DNA from: Paragordius varius
Lineage: Eukaryota; Animalia; Nematomorpha
Direction of reading: 5' to 3'
Assembly: GCA_964247055.1 (NCBI GenBank)
Contig: OZ176050.1
Span: 1,922,001-1,986,000 of the forward strand
Length of the DNA stretch: 64,000 nucleotides
The notes under the pieces were generated by a model that made no database searches, was not told the origin of the DNA, and saw nothing but the letters and a program-made list of their open reading frames with translations. The position numbers and the translations under genes were made by a program. Shown one piece after another: positions 37,424 through 49,445 of this stretch. The first letter of the stretch is position 1. The number at the start of each line of letters is the position of its first letter.

Positions 37424-38139
37424 TTCATTTTAAGGAATAACGAAATTATTCATTTTTTTAATTTATTACTATCGGATTTTTAACATCTTTAACTGATATA
37501 TTTTCCGGCTTAGCTTAAAAAATGTTTCTAACTTCCAGGTGTTGAAGGGGTATTTTAAATCAATTATACACTTCTTTTCTTTTCATTCGAGATATTAAAA
37601 TCATTTTTGATATTGCTCTTTATTTACACGAAAATAGACAAATAATACCAACCATAAATATTGTGTGAAATATCTAAAATTCATGTTTGAAGTATATTAA
37701 CCATTAATAAAGTTTACATCTTGTTATATAATTTTAGACGAGGAGCCAAACGGGAAAATTGATGAGACGACGAAATAATTATTTTTTGCAATCCTAATTT
37801 ATTTTATTAAATTAATAAATAAATTTGTTTTTAAACATTTCATACGTTTAACATATTACAAAGATAATATCATTAACAATAAATATAGCATTTATTTACA
37901 AATCACAAAGAGGAGGACTAATTCTATATAAAATTGCTTGCATTAATAATTATATTTATATGTTTGAAGAAACCAATGATAAGCTGTATCTTCGAAAAAT
38001 AAAAGACTCTATAATAAAAGTATGTATGTGTATAATGAGCATTATAATCCCAATCTAATATATATATATAAAATGCCACTATTTTGAATTCATAAAACAC
38101 TACTAATTAAAAAAACGTGAACAAGCCCTTTGATAAATA

Positions 38140-40660
38140 TTATTCAATTTTCTTTGATAATTCGTAGTCATATTCATTTGAGGTAATGGTTGAGGATGTG
38201 GCAGATTTGGATAATAAGCAACACAAAACGTTATTATTCCTTTGTTGGCTTTTGAGGTGTTTGTGTTCTAAACGCATGCGATGTTTTTGCGCCATAGAAT
38301 GAATGATGGAAACGATAAAGTAAATGATTGTGACGAGCAACACTTTCTCAAAGGCCCACGAGAGCCAGGTTGGGTTAGCCTTTACACACATATAAAAATT
38401 GACAATTGCTAATAAAAAACAAATTGCTACAAATGTGAATATTGAAAATTTTATTCTGTATTACGCAAGATTTGGGAACATTAGGTAATATATATTCTTA
38501 ATTCCATAAAAAACTAATTTTTGGAATAAAATATATTATTTGTATAATGTTATTCATAAGTTGTTTTTAAAAATCAGTCATTAATAAAGATCAAAGTGTT
38601 AAATATGTATTTAATTAACAGCAACAGCTAAATCACTTTGACAAAACTAAAAATATCAATTTCATGTGATAAACCAATGAATGACATACCTAATATAATG
38701 ACAATTTCAAATATTTAAAATAAACTTAGGGCACAAAAATATTGATATAAATAACAAGTAGTTTTGTATCAAAATATCTTGTTTTTTATAAATTTAAATG
38801 AATAAGTATGCAACCTTTAGGTGTTGTTTTCGAGAATGCAGTTTAACTTTTTGAGCATTTAGATATTCCTTGAATGGAGCTTGAAGATAAGGCCCTATCA
38901 TGGGTACATATCTAAAAATTAAATATAAATAAAATATCGTAAAAAACTTCATCCAAGCCACCAATCTATCCACATGATGTTCGCTGAACGCAATGATAAC
39001 AAAAAGTTCCTAATGGATAAATGATAGTTATATATTTCAAAATTTGAGATTGAACAAAATAAAATTGTATATAGTCAGTCACCTGAATATTCACTTTAAT
39101 AATGGCTTTCCCAATGAACGTAGCTCCAAAGAAGGTCCAAAACGGCACATTGAAATGCCCACACGTGATGCCAGCAAAATCAAATAAAGGGTTGGGAATC
39201 TAAATATAATATATAATTTTTTTTATAAAAAAAACCGTATTTTCGATCCTTGATTTTTACTATGTAGCCTATTGTGAAATGTATTGAGTTTTATATTTAT
39301 TATATAAAACATATATGGTTAAAACATGATTTCATTATTAAAAAACATTTATACAATTTTAATATAAAAAATAAATATGTAAATTACAGAGGCACACAAT
39401 AAAATTCCAGAAAATCCGACATTTTGGACTAGATTCTGCATAAAGAGTTTGGCGCGATTCATCCATGACTAAAAATTAGATAATAAATAAAATACTAATT
39501 GTCCGATTTGTGATTGCGATTTTTGTAATAATTGCTCAAAAGCTTCATAATTTTCATCTAATGGATGCGTATCCGATGTTCGGGCTAATATATAAGTATT
39601 AAGACAAAAAATGTGATACAACACGTATATCTTGTGATTTAATTTAATGCGATTAAATTTTTTTAAAGATAATATGACAAAAGAAACTCAAGTTTAATGT
39701 TTTGAAAAAAATCACCTGCTCTAGCCATAAAATAAGGTGGTAATTCCCCTAAAGCAGTTCCAGCGCCCTGTTTTATATATATAATAATTTAGAAACAGAA
39801 TAAAGTATAATTTAGTTGAACTATTAAATTTTATGATAATTTAAATGTAAAAACATTACCCACATAAAGGCTTCCAGGTACACTTTTTTCATAATGGCCA
39901 AAAGTGAAACAAGTCCATTAGATGACAAAACGGACTCTGTTAATGGACATATGATTCTGTATAAGAATAAATATTTAAAACAGATATACTCGTTGGGATA
40001 TGGTGGTTCTGGAAATTTGAGAGAATTACATTCATATGCCGCAATCGTAACCGAGGCAATGTGTGGACCCTAAATTACCATGTTTATGTAGTTTGCGGAA
40101 TATAATATATGTTTTATAATATAATAAATATATGTGCTCACCAAATATAAAACAAAAGTATGAAGACCCGTCCCTAAACCAACAGAGGAAAGGATTCCCA
40201 ATCCAACCCAATAAATGCACCACATAATTTTTTGTTTTGACTTAACAAATTTCTAAAATATATATTATCCCAAGAAACTTTATTATGTATTCCAGGAGTA
40301 ACAAGTAAAGTAAAAATAATTAAGGACAAGAGTATCATGATTGTGACTTTTACGCGATGCTTTTTTATTCTAAAAATAATTATAAAAATACTTTTTAAAA
40401 GCCTTTTTATGCGCTATTAGGACTTCAGCAAAAAAATATTTAAAGGTTAAATAAGGGTGCCTCCACAAGACTAGATGATTTAAAGGAATATCGCAATTAT
40501 TATATTGTTCAGTGCAATAAGGCTTGTTTGTAAGGGACATAAGCTTTGTGGGTTGCTCATCAGGCTTTATCCTTTCAATAAAATCCCAATCAGAGTCTTC
40601 TTCAGAGTTGTAAGACTCTTGTTTGTGTAATTTCCCATTGCTGAATGGTGGAGATCTCAT
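38140..40660 (-). CDS. VMP1: Vacuole membrane protein 1, 461 aa, 12 exons (40392-40660, 40279-40369, 40142-40252, 39990-40069, 39860-39956, 39716-39767, 39496-39584, 39388-39468, 39083-39199, 38948-39009, 38815-38911, 38140-38379)
   Basis: [101 protein letters not shown] and WLSWAFEK are diagnostic. Confidence 0.96.
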
Positions 40661-40747
40661 ATATATATTTGGACCATCAGTTCGCGAAATTGATTTATAA
40701 AAAGCAACACAGATGGGATAATTGGGAAATTCAAATTATTGCGCCTG

Positions 40748-41847
40748 ATGAGTATTTAAATTTCCTATAATTTTAAGGCGACGAGATAATTCATCAATAC
40801 GAGTTTAAAATACTAACTTGGAATGTTAATGGACTTGACAAAAAAAGTTTAGAATTGCGATTAGAGTATCTTATTAAATATCTCCTTGGGTATATACATA
40901 TTAAATTTTTTGTAATGCTTATGATGTAATATTTTTGCAAGAAATCATACCTAGTATGTTATGTGAAATTAAATCAAAATTGAAATATTGTTATTACGTA
41001 TACTCTGGGAATAATAGTGAATATTTTGTTGTGACTTTAATCGCTAAGAATATTTCGCAATGCCAAAATTTTGTTTTACCAATTACGTCTTTGATGGGCC
41101 GAAATGTTTTATTTAATCAAGTTTAAATCTTATTTACACCAAGTTTCAAATTTTTTTAAATGGACACGAATATAAAGTTTCAACCTACAATACCCATTTG
41201 GAAAGCACTAACTCAACAAAATTTAGGGATATTAGGCGTAAACAACTTACTTATTGTTATAATCACGCCCTTGAAAACAATTATAATTCAAATCTTATCA
41301 TTTTTGGAGGCGATCTGAATTTAAGAGATTCGGATGTATATAATAACAAATATTTTATTAGGTTGATTTTTCGATTTCCCAAGTTAAAGCAAAAAATAGT
41401 TCATTTGCAGAGAATTTTGAAATATATGATTTTTGGCAAATAAATGGGTCAATACCCATTTTTGAATACACGTATGATGGGAAATATAATTGCAACATAA
41501 GCGGAAATTATCCGACATGGAAAAATAGGCATCGATTTGATCGATTATATCTTATTTTTCCCAAAAATTGTGCTTCATTGGTCGTTGGCAGCGATTTGGA
41601 TCTTTTAAAAAAAGAAACAAACCTCTCCATTAATATACTACCTTTTATTTCAAATGTTAGTAATTCGGATAATTTACAGAACAAAACTGAAGAAAGTTGT
41701 ATTAAAGCTCCCCTTCTTATTTTACCAATGGATTTTAGACTCACGGGACTTGAAAAAGTACAATGCGGCGATAAAAAGTTGCAAACACCTTTATCTGATC
41801 ACTGGGGCATACAAACTAACATTTTATGTTACATCAATCCTGATTAG
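40748..41847 (+). CDS. TDP2: Tyrosyl-DNA phosphodiesterase 2 (EEP family), ~332 aa; exons 40748-40751, 40778-40889, 40916-41120, 41144-41335, 41362-41847
   Basis: Motifs ILTWNVNGLD, DVIFLQE, MGRN, THLES, IFGGDLNLRD, RFDRLY and SDHWG all present; intron 2 (40890-40915) has no AG acceptor (see findings). Confidence 0.88.
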
Positions 41848-43189
41848 TCAAAGCAATATATTAACTGACAATCTGAAAATGTCATAATAAATTTCTTTAT
41901 AATTTTTTTTTTGAAAAATCATTATCATTATTTGGTTATTTTTTTATAAATTCTTTTACACGTCTAGAAAATAAGAAAAAAGAATGTTTTCGTATATCAT
42001 TAGATAACTCAACGCTTCAGTCTAATGAATATCAAAATGAAATTTTTGATGCTAGAAAAATTTCCAAAGTTAAAATTCGCATTTTTTAACAAATTAGGTC
42101 TAAAAATTTAATTATAATTTGACAAAGCGCGCCAACCTTGTTAACATGTATAGAAGGATAATTCAAAATGTAGATGAATTATACAATTTTCCAGGTGGTT
42201 AGTTAGACTTACATATATTGAAGCTAAAAAATCGGACCATTAAATTAGAATCACAAAATCTTGATATTTTGTGATAAAGATTTTAAACTATCATATAAAT
42301 AAACAGAATCGATCGCTTTGAAATGATTTAAGCCTTGTATACATAGGAATCGATAATTTACACCAAGACGAAATTTATAATTATTACAAAACATCTATAT
42401 AAATACTTTTAATCGGATTAAAATTGTGATTATTATAATAATTAGATCTCTCATCCCAGTTTCTTGAATTAGGAGTTTTTACCCGAAAATTGTGGTTGCA
42501 TTTTGGCTATCCGGCTTTTCGGCATCAAAAATTCCTTGAATTAAAAAACTGACATGATAGATATTTTTGCACCGAATTGGATAAAAAAGTATTAAAATAA
42601 ATATTATATGATATGTAAAATTATGGGTTTACTTCCGCTTTGGTTCAAATGATCGAAAAAATTCTCTTTATATATACCATTTACAATTGAAATTTACCCT
42701 TGAACAATTCAAATTTACCCTTGAAAAATTCAAGTTCACCCTCATACAATTAATATTCACCCTAAAATAAATTGTGCTTTTAAGATCAGATTGCACCTAT
42801 AATCTATATATTTAAAAAATGGAAAATGCTGGCTTTGTGATGTGTTTTCGCAAAACGGTTGACCCATTTAAATTCAAATGTCGAAAAAATATAATCATTA
42901 ATGAATGCCCCGACAATAGCTTCGCCCCTTTTTTGAATAGGATCCCAGTTCGGGCCCATCCCCGTAAAAAACGGTCTAGGTCCACAAAAATCGTGTCTTT
43001 GAAACAATTTTTGGGAAAACGTGTTGGACCATTCGATTTCCAATATGATTTATTTTTACTTTTTTTTCGATTGCGCCGAACATACGCTTTTTAATTTGGG
43101 CCTACTTTTTACCCACTTCCCCCGTAAAATGCCATCTTTTTAAGCAAAAACTAAGTCCATAAAAATAATTTTTTGAATTATTTTTCGCC

Positions 43190-44310
43190 TAAGGTATGAG
43201 ACCATAATTCAATAAGGATTCCAGGTATTCCCTGTTAAAAAGCAAAAATTTTAGTCAAGCGCTTCTTTGATGATAGCTGCTGGGTAAGGAAATACCCGCT
43301 AAAAACTGCCCCGTCAGATCAAAATAGCCTGCCTTTGGGCCTAAATTTTAGAAAACCTATCAGGCCATATCAGTTCCATATATGATTAAGTTTTGATGAT
43401 ATTTTTCCAAAAATGAGAGCATATGGGATCAATCATGATTCCAGGTATTCTCCGTAAAACGACAAAAATTTTAATCAAGCGCTTTTTTGTATCGGCCTCT
43501 GGGTAGGCTATACGCCTAAAACTGCACCAACATATCGAAATTGCGTTGTTAGAAGTTAATTTTCAGAAAACTTATCAGGCCATATAAGTTTAATAAGGGC
43601 CTGAAATATTACCCGTAAAAAGACAAAAATTTGTGTCGAGCGGTTTTTTAAAATTAGCCGTTTATAGGGCTCTTTATGCCCTAAAAAATGCGCTATCATT
43701 CAACTATTATTTAGTTTTGAAGCCATTCTTCCAAAAATAGTTTTTAAGCCATTCTTCCAAAAACTATTAGGAACATATGAAAGATGATTCCAGGTATTCC
43801 TCTGTAAATGCAAAAAATTTTATCGGTCTTTTTTTGTTTCGCCTCTGGTTAGGGGACTACCCGCGTAAAACTTTGTAACCATATCGATACAGCAAGCCTC
43901 TGGAGCCATATTTCAGAAAACCTATGAGACTATGTGAGTTCATTGAGGGCTAAATATTTTTTACCTCTTTAAAAACAAATATTTTAGAATAAGGGGTTTT
44001 TTAATGAGTCGCTAAGTAAAGTTTTACGTTTGAAATATACGCCGCCATAGAACAATTTTTTAGTTTTGAAGCGATATTTACAAGAACTTATAGGAACATA
44101 TGGAATTCATCATAATTCCACATATCCCTATATAAGGGCAAAAATTTTGCCCAACGCTTTTTTTATACATGCCCCTAGGTAAGGAGCTACCCGCCAAAAA
44201 CCGCGCCATTAGAAATTACGTTGTTTTGAAGCTAATTTACAGAAAATTTATGAAGTCATATGAGCTCATTAAATACTTGAAATATTACCCGCAAAAGATC
44301 CTATACTCCA
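43190..44310 (+). repeat. Degenerate tandem array of ~165-220-bp monomers
   Basis: Recurring motifs GATTCCAGGTATTC (43217, 43437, 43786), GGGTAAGG..TACCCGC..AAAA (43283, 43501, 43847, 44178) and TTCAGAAAA(C/T)(C/T)TAT (43347, 43561, 43911, 44237). Confidence 0.7.
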
Positions 44311-44354
44311 TAAAGACAAATTACACTCATTACAGTGATCCCGCATCACAGGTT

Positions 44355-45050
44355 GCCATTTCATGTTGAACATACAAGTTGGTCCTTAAAAATTAAATGG
44401 TTTAATCATAACTTTTGCATTTATATTTTTTTTTAATTTTTTAACCTAATTTTCTATATTATTTATCTATTAAATAAAAAAAAATATTTTTTAAAAAAAC
44501 ACTTTTTTGTTTTAAACTAATTTTTTGCATAATTAAAATAATTATTAACATAAATTTTAAAAATTGGAAATAATAATACCAAAAACTTATATACTTTGCA
44601 ACTACATGTTAAAATGTTATAAATATATAAATTCTGACATGTTAAATAAATAAAATAGTAGTAGGTAGGTGGCCGGACGGTTAAAAATGATAAAATACAT
44701 GAATGATACACGATTTGATTGATAAAAGTTAAAAACAAAAAGTTAAAAAAAAAGTTAAAGGACCAACTTGAGGTGTTCGGGAGACTCACCTTTTTAGCCC
44801 GATTAGATTTTTTTAGAGCGGAACGACTAGCGGGTGAAGAATTCTTGGAATTTTTGATAAGACTCAAAAATTTAGCCGCCGCATGCGAGTTCAAAGGGAA
44901 CATTGACAAGCTCATACGGGACGTATTTGTTTGTGGGTTGAAGGAAAAAAAACTAGAGACCGAACTACTTAACAGGTACCAGAGGGCACTAGACAACGAC
45001 ACACCAGTGGGATTAAATAAGGTTCTATTTCTGCCAAAACACACCACTAC
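44355..45050 (+). mobile_element. Truncated TA-MITE (~44355-44778) joined to a Gypsy gag fragment (~44779-45050)
   Basis: The MITE right TIR stops at ...CTTGAGGTGTTC; then FFRAERLAGEEFLEFLIRLKNLAAACEFKGNIDKLIRDVFVCGLKEKKLETELL (retrotransposon gag signature). Confidence 0.72.
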
Positions 45051-45501
45051 CTAACGCTTTCATAGACTGTATACCAGATTAAAAAAGTTTACTTACATAA
45101 AGTTTTTATGATTTAAATATGAATTCAAACAATTTTTAGCTTTCATTCTTATTCTTTCTAGGACTAAATATTGAAAAAATCGGTAATATTTGCGTTTAAA
45201 ATTATTGTTATAACCATATAAAAATTTAGTTAACGCTTTCCCTATTGCATCTTAAATTTATTTGATCAAATGGGCGATAAAAATTGCATTTTTTAATTTT
45301 AATAACTCGAACCTAATATTTAATCCGTATCTATCACCTAGATATTCAATAATATTTAGTTATTAAATGATAACTAATTCATTATCATTTATTTTTGCTG
45401 CGCACCGCATTATAATAATTTAATGAGAATTATATTTAATTTAATAAATTTTTATTGTTTGTTAAATTTATTATAGGTTATAATTGTTTAATGCATCCCA
45501 T

Positions 45502-48500
45502 TTATAAAGTCATATCTGCAACTTGGCTTTGAGCTCCAACAGTTTGGATGTAAAAAGGACCATTTTTAACGTATGTTCGCATTTTTAGGGCTAAAGGGCC
45601 AGGAAATATTTTGTAAAAATTTTTGTAAGCAGTAAGTTTCTTGAGAATCAAATACTTTTGTTCTTTATCAATCTTGCTTAGGTGTACATCTAAACAGGAC
45701 AAAACAGGACAAAAACTATCTTTTAAAGCTAAAATATTCAAATTGAATTATAAAGATAAAAGTAAAAGATTATTATGATAAAATGCTATTTTTCCCACAT
45801 AACACTAATGATTACGATTACATATAGATATATTTTGAAAAGGGGTTTACATTCAGTTTTATTCTCTCTTTTTATTTTTGCTATTTTATTTTTTACTCTA
45901 AATAAAAATTAACTTTTTAAGAGATTATGTGCGGTAGATTGGGATTTCGGATTGGATTCTCCGGTTTCTATTGAGTCGACTATGCCATCACCCCTAAAAA
46001 TCAATTTCATTATTTTAACTCCATTTTATATTATAATAATCATCAAACGTTTAGTGATTTAGAGGGTAATAAATTGTAATATTTAGCAAAAGTATTCCAC
46101 ATTTTTCCATTTAAATTTTAATTAAATGGCTAACTTTTTGTTATTCATCACATATGGAAAATGTAAACTTTGTATTTCTAATATCAAATATGTAAGCGTT
46201 TTTTCTAAAATCTAAGAATGGTTATACTTATATAAGATGTCCATTTTATTTAAGGCATTAATTAACTTCAATATTTAAAACACATTTAAAAGAAAACTGA
46301 ATTAAACATGTAATATATTTAATATAAAATTAATTGACAAATCTAAATGCATTATATATTTGTATAAAGTTTTTCTATATATGCTATTGTTTTTAGAAAA
46401 AATATATATTGAGATATATTTATATTCTTTATCTTTTGAGGTAATTTTCTACCCTAACCCTATTTGATTTTACATTTGAATATGTCAAAAAGTATTTTAA
46501 ATGGGTCAAATTATAAAATATGCTAAAATTATAAATAATTATAAAAAAAATCCTCATCTCAAACTTATTTGTGGCCATTTTTTTCGTTGAATTTTTGTTA
46601 TATTACAAGGCCTTGGTATATTAATGTATATACCAATTCTAGATATGACATAATATGCAAACCTATATAATAGGTAAGAAAAGACAAATTTAGGTGCTTT
46701 TATCAACTCTTCAGGACCCCAGGATGCAGAAATTATGGTGGCTAATAATTCGTGAACAGCCAATCTTTCAGTTTCTTCGGGCGAAGCCAAATAATACAGA
46801 ATTCGGCTGTAAAAATTGATCGTCTCATCTTCGTTCCCCTTTTCAATTTGGATACAGTGTATATGATATACCATTATTTATTCTTAAATGTTGTAAGACT
46901 CTTTACAAAATTTCAAGGGTTTTTTAAAATCATATTTAAACTTTCCAAAACCAAAAAACATTTCGATACTACAAAAATAAATGTATATTTCTGGACAAAA
47001 TAATTTGGCAATCGAGGTTAAACAAACTAGTATTAAAAATGCTAAGTATGACCAAAAACACTTTGGCAAAATTTTAACGAGAAACGCATATCAAGATTTT
47101 AGGGTGGTAAATGTTAAGGGGTGATTTCATAATTAAACATCATATATAAAATAAAAATTAATAAATTAAACTTACGGAAGAAATCGCTATGATTTTTTTA
47201 TACAGTGAATGGGTTAAAGAGCTTATTTTCAAGTTTGTATCCTCTGATTGAACCTGAAATGTTAAGAAATTTAACATTTAAATAAAACAATATTCTAAGT
47301 TTAATAATACAATTCTAAAAATTACGAAGCAAGTTTGAATTTTATAAAATTTCATAAATTATGTTTATAACTTTAGGGTGACATCATAGATGAATCCCAA
47401 GAAATCATTATTATATAAGAAAAAAAAACGCAATTAAATGATAAACAGAAAACCGGTCTCAATTGATCGTAGATATAAAGTAAATTTTACATAATATTTT
47501 TCTCTGTATATTTTATAGTTTGCACTTTTTATTTAATATATTTGCATATATTTATACTGAACTTAAAACAAAAGAAGCATTTTAAATGAGTATTAATTAA
47601 TTGTTTAAGTATTAAGCAAACCTTTTCGAGGTCAGCATTTAACATGGATTTTATCACATTAATTGAGCGGATTTTGAGGTGATCTCCACCAATTTTCCCC
47701 ATAAAAATATTGATAATAACTACCAGTGCATTGTTAAATGAGACAGCTTTAGTAATTAATTAATTGAAAAAAAACAACAAACCAAAGTAATTTTGATCAT
47801 TGACAAGTACAAATAACTTTATTTGCATAGCAAATATATTGAAAAGAAAATCAAGGCATAATCCCACCATAAGACTTTGTTGGCCGTTCATATCAAATAA
47901 AGTTTCATAATTATTGTGTGCGATAAAGAGAAATGATTCCCGTATAACTTTGCGAAAAATTTCATGTTCATAAAAATTCAAATTGCTGAATAATATTACA
48001 GTGATAAATTTGAAAAAAGCTAAAAGAATAAGTAAAAAACAGATATACTTGGTATTATCAAATATTCGGTTTCGTCCGATATTCTTCCGTTTAAAGCATT
48101 TTCACATAAAACAATACATTTGGTGATGAAACCTTTGTCATACATATAGTTACATAAAAATTTGACATTTTCTTGATTATTAGCAGAGTAATATTCAATT
48201 TGCTCCGAAATCATTTCAAGAATTGAGGAAAACAATAATTTATCATCTGCAATCCTTGGATTGGTTAAAAGTTGTATTAATAGATCCAATATAAGTCCAT
48301 CATGAGATATTTTGGAAGTCAACAAAAGTTTTGTCAAAATTAACTTACAATTTACAAAGAAATAACTTGTATAGTATTAATCACTGTATCATTTACAGAG
48401 GTTTTGGAAAGATTAGTAATTTCATTGTAAAAATGCGTATTATCAATGTCATTAGCTATTTTTTCATATATTTGATGAGCTATTTGACTATCTTCAATAT

Positions 48501-48921
48501 TATTATGGGTCATTATTGGTAGTAAGCTGGAGAAAATTTGTGAAGATATATTTTTTTCAATATTTTGAGAGTTGACATATATTAATATCTAATATAAATT
48601 TAAATATACTGATTTTAATGTAATGTTTGCGAAATCATTGTGTTTTAAAGCGAGATTAATAAAATCCATACGCTTTGAGAATGAAAAACTACCAATTCTT
48701 TTGACAATTAAATTCAAATTATATTCATATATAGATAAGAGTTCACTAGATTTAAAATATGTTTACCTATTAATATGGATCGTCTGGAAAAAATTATTGG
48801 AAAAATTTAGACATAATTTTTCTAATCCAGTGTCAGAAATTTCAGAAAGTTTTTTGTCCATGCTTTCAAAAATGTACCTTTGCAGAAAAACGTATGATGC
48901 GTCAACAACGCAAGATATCAT
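45502..48921 (-). CDS. PSMD5: 26S proteasome non-ATPase regulatory subunit 5 (S5b/Hsm3 chaperone), ~563 aa; exons 48767-48921, 48610-48745, 48367-48588, 48049-48343, 47783-48019, 47622-47746, 47176-47253, 46663-46838, 45914-45993, 45502-45689
   Basis: DDKLLFSSILEMIS, YLIIPTFFKF, LKIRSINVIKSML, LAVHELLATIISASWG...APKF and KEQKYLILKKL...KMRTYVKNGPFYI align in order to PSMD5 motifs; all phases consistent. Start codon uncertain. Confidence 0.82.
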
Positions 48922-49445
48922 ATTATGGTTATGTTAGACTTTTTTTTACCAAACATCTAGGTTTTTGAACTAAAGATCCTACGAATAAACTCTTTCAGAA
49001 TATAATAAAACCAGAATTGTTTCTTACTTCTTGAGTGATATAATTCTCAAATTTTTTAGGCTGCTGTATCTCAGAATTTTGCACATTTGATTTTGAGGCG
49101 TAAAACATTTAAATGAATTTGAGTCGCTTGTTTGATCCAGCTCGAAGGTCACATAACCAAAATGCTTGACCATGACTAAAGGCTAAGTAAACGACCCTTT
49201 AGCCAGACTTTAGAGCGTAATCCGCCTCAAAAAAATTGGAAAACTCGATGTACTATGCTTAGTTATAAAAATTTTAAACTTAAAGAAGGAAGATATGGAA
49301 TTAATGTATATCCTTGTAATTAAACTAAAACAATCGGATATTGGTCACCGATGGACAATTTTTTTGCAAGCACTTTCTAATACTACATCAAAATATACAG
49401 ATAGTAATATAAACGCTTTCAGATTTTTACAACAATACTCTAAAG

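Noticed and set aside
44517-45047. 176-aa minus-strand ORF
   Set aside because: It is the antisense shadow of the MITE-gag junction.
26849-48921. Functional cluster idea (RNF4-like + TDP2 + PSMD5 for SUMO/TOP2-adduct proteolysis; SEC62 + VMP1 for ER and autophagy)
   Set aside because: Genes are on mixed strands and separated by TEs; such pairings arise easily by chance without synteny or co-expression data.
2260-48921. Paramecium-like depletion of stop-free 3n introns, or a reassigned genetic code
   Set aside because: Four of ten tiny 3n introns checked are stop-free, so no depletion is evident in this small sample; all genes translate with the standard code and end in TAA, TAG or TGA.
49165-49215. 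Imperfect hairpin upstream of PSMD5 as a tRNA or ncRNA
   Set aside because: No cloverleaf, A/B box or snRNA motif; pairing is short.
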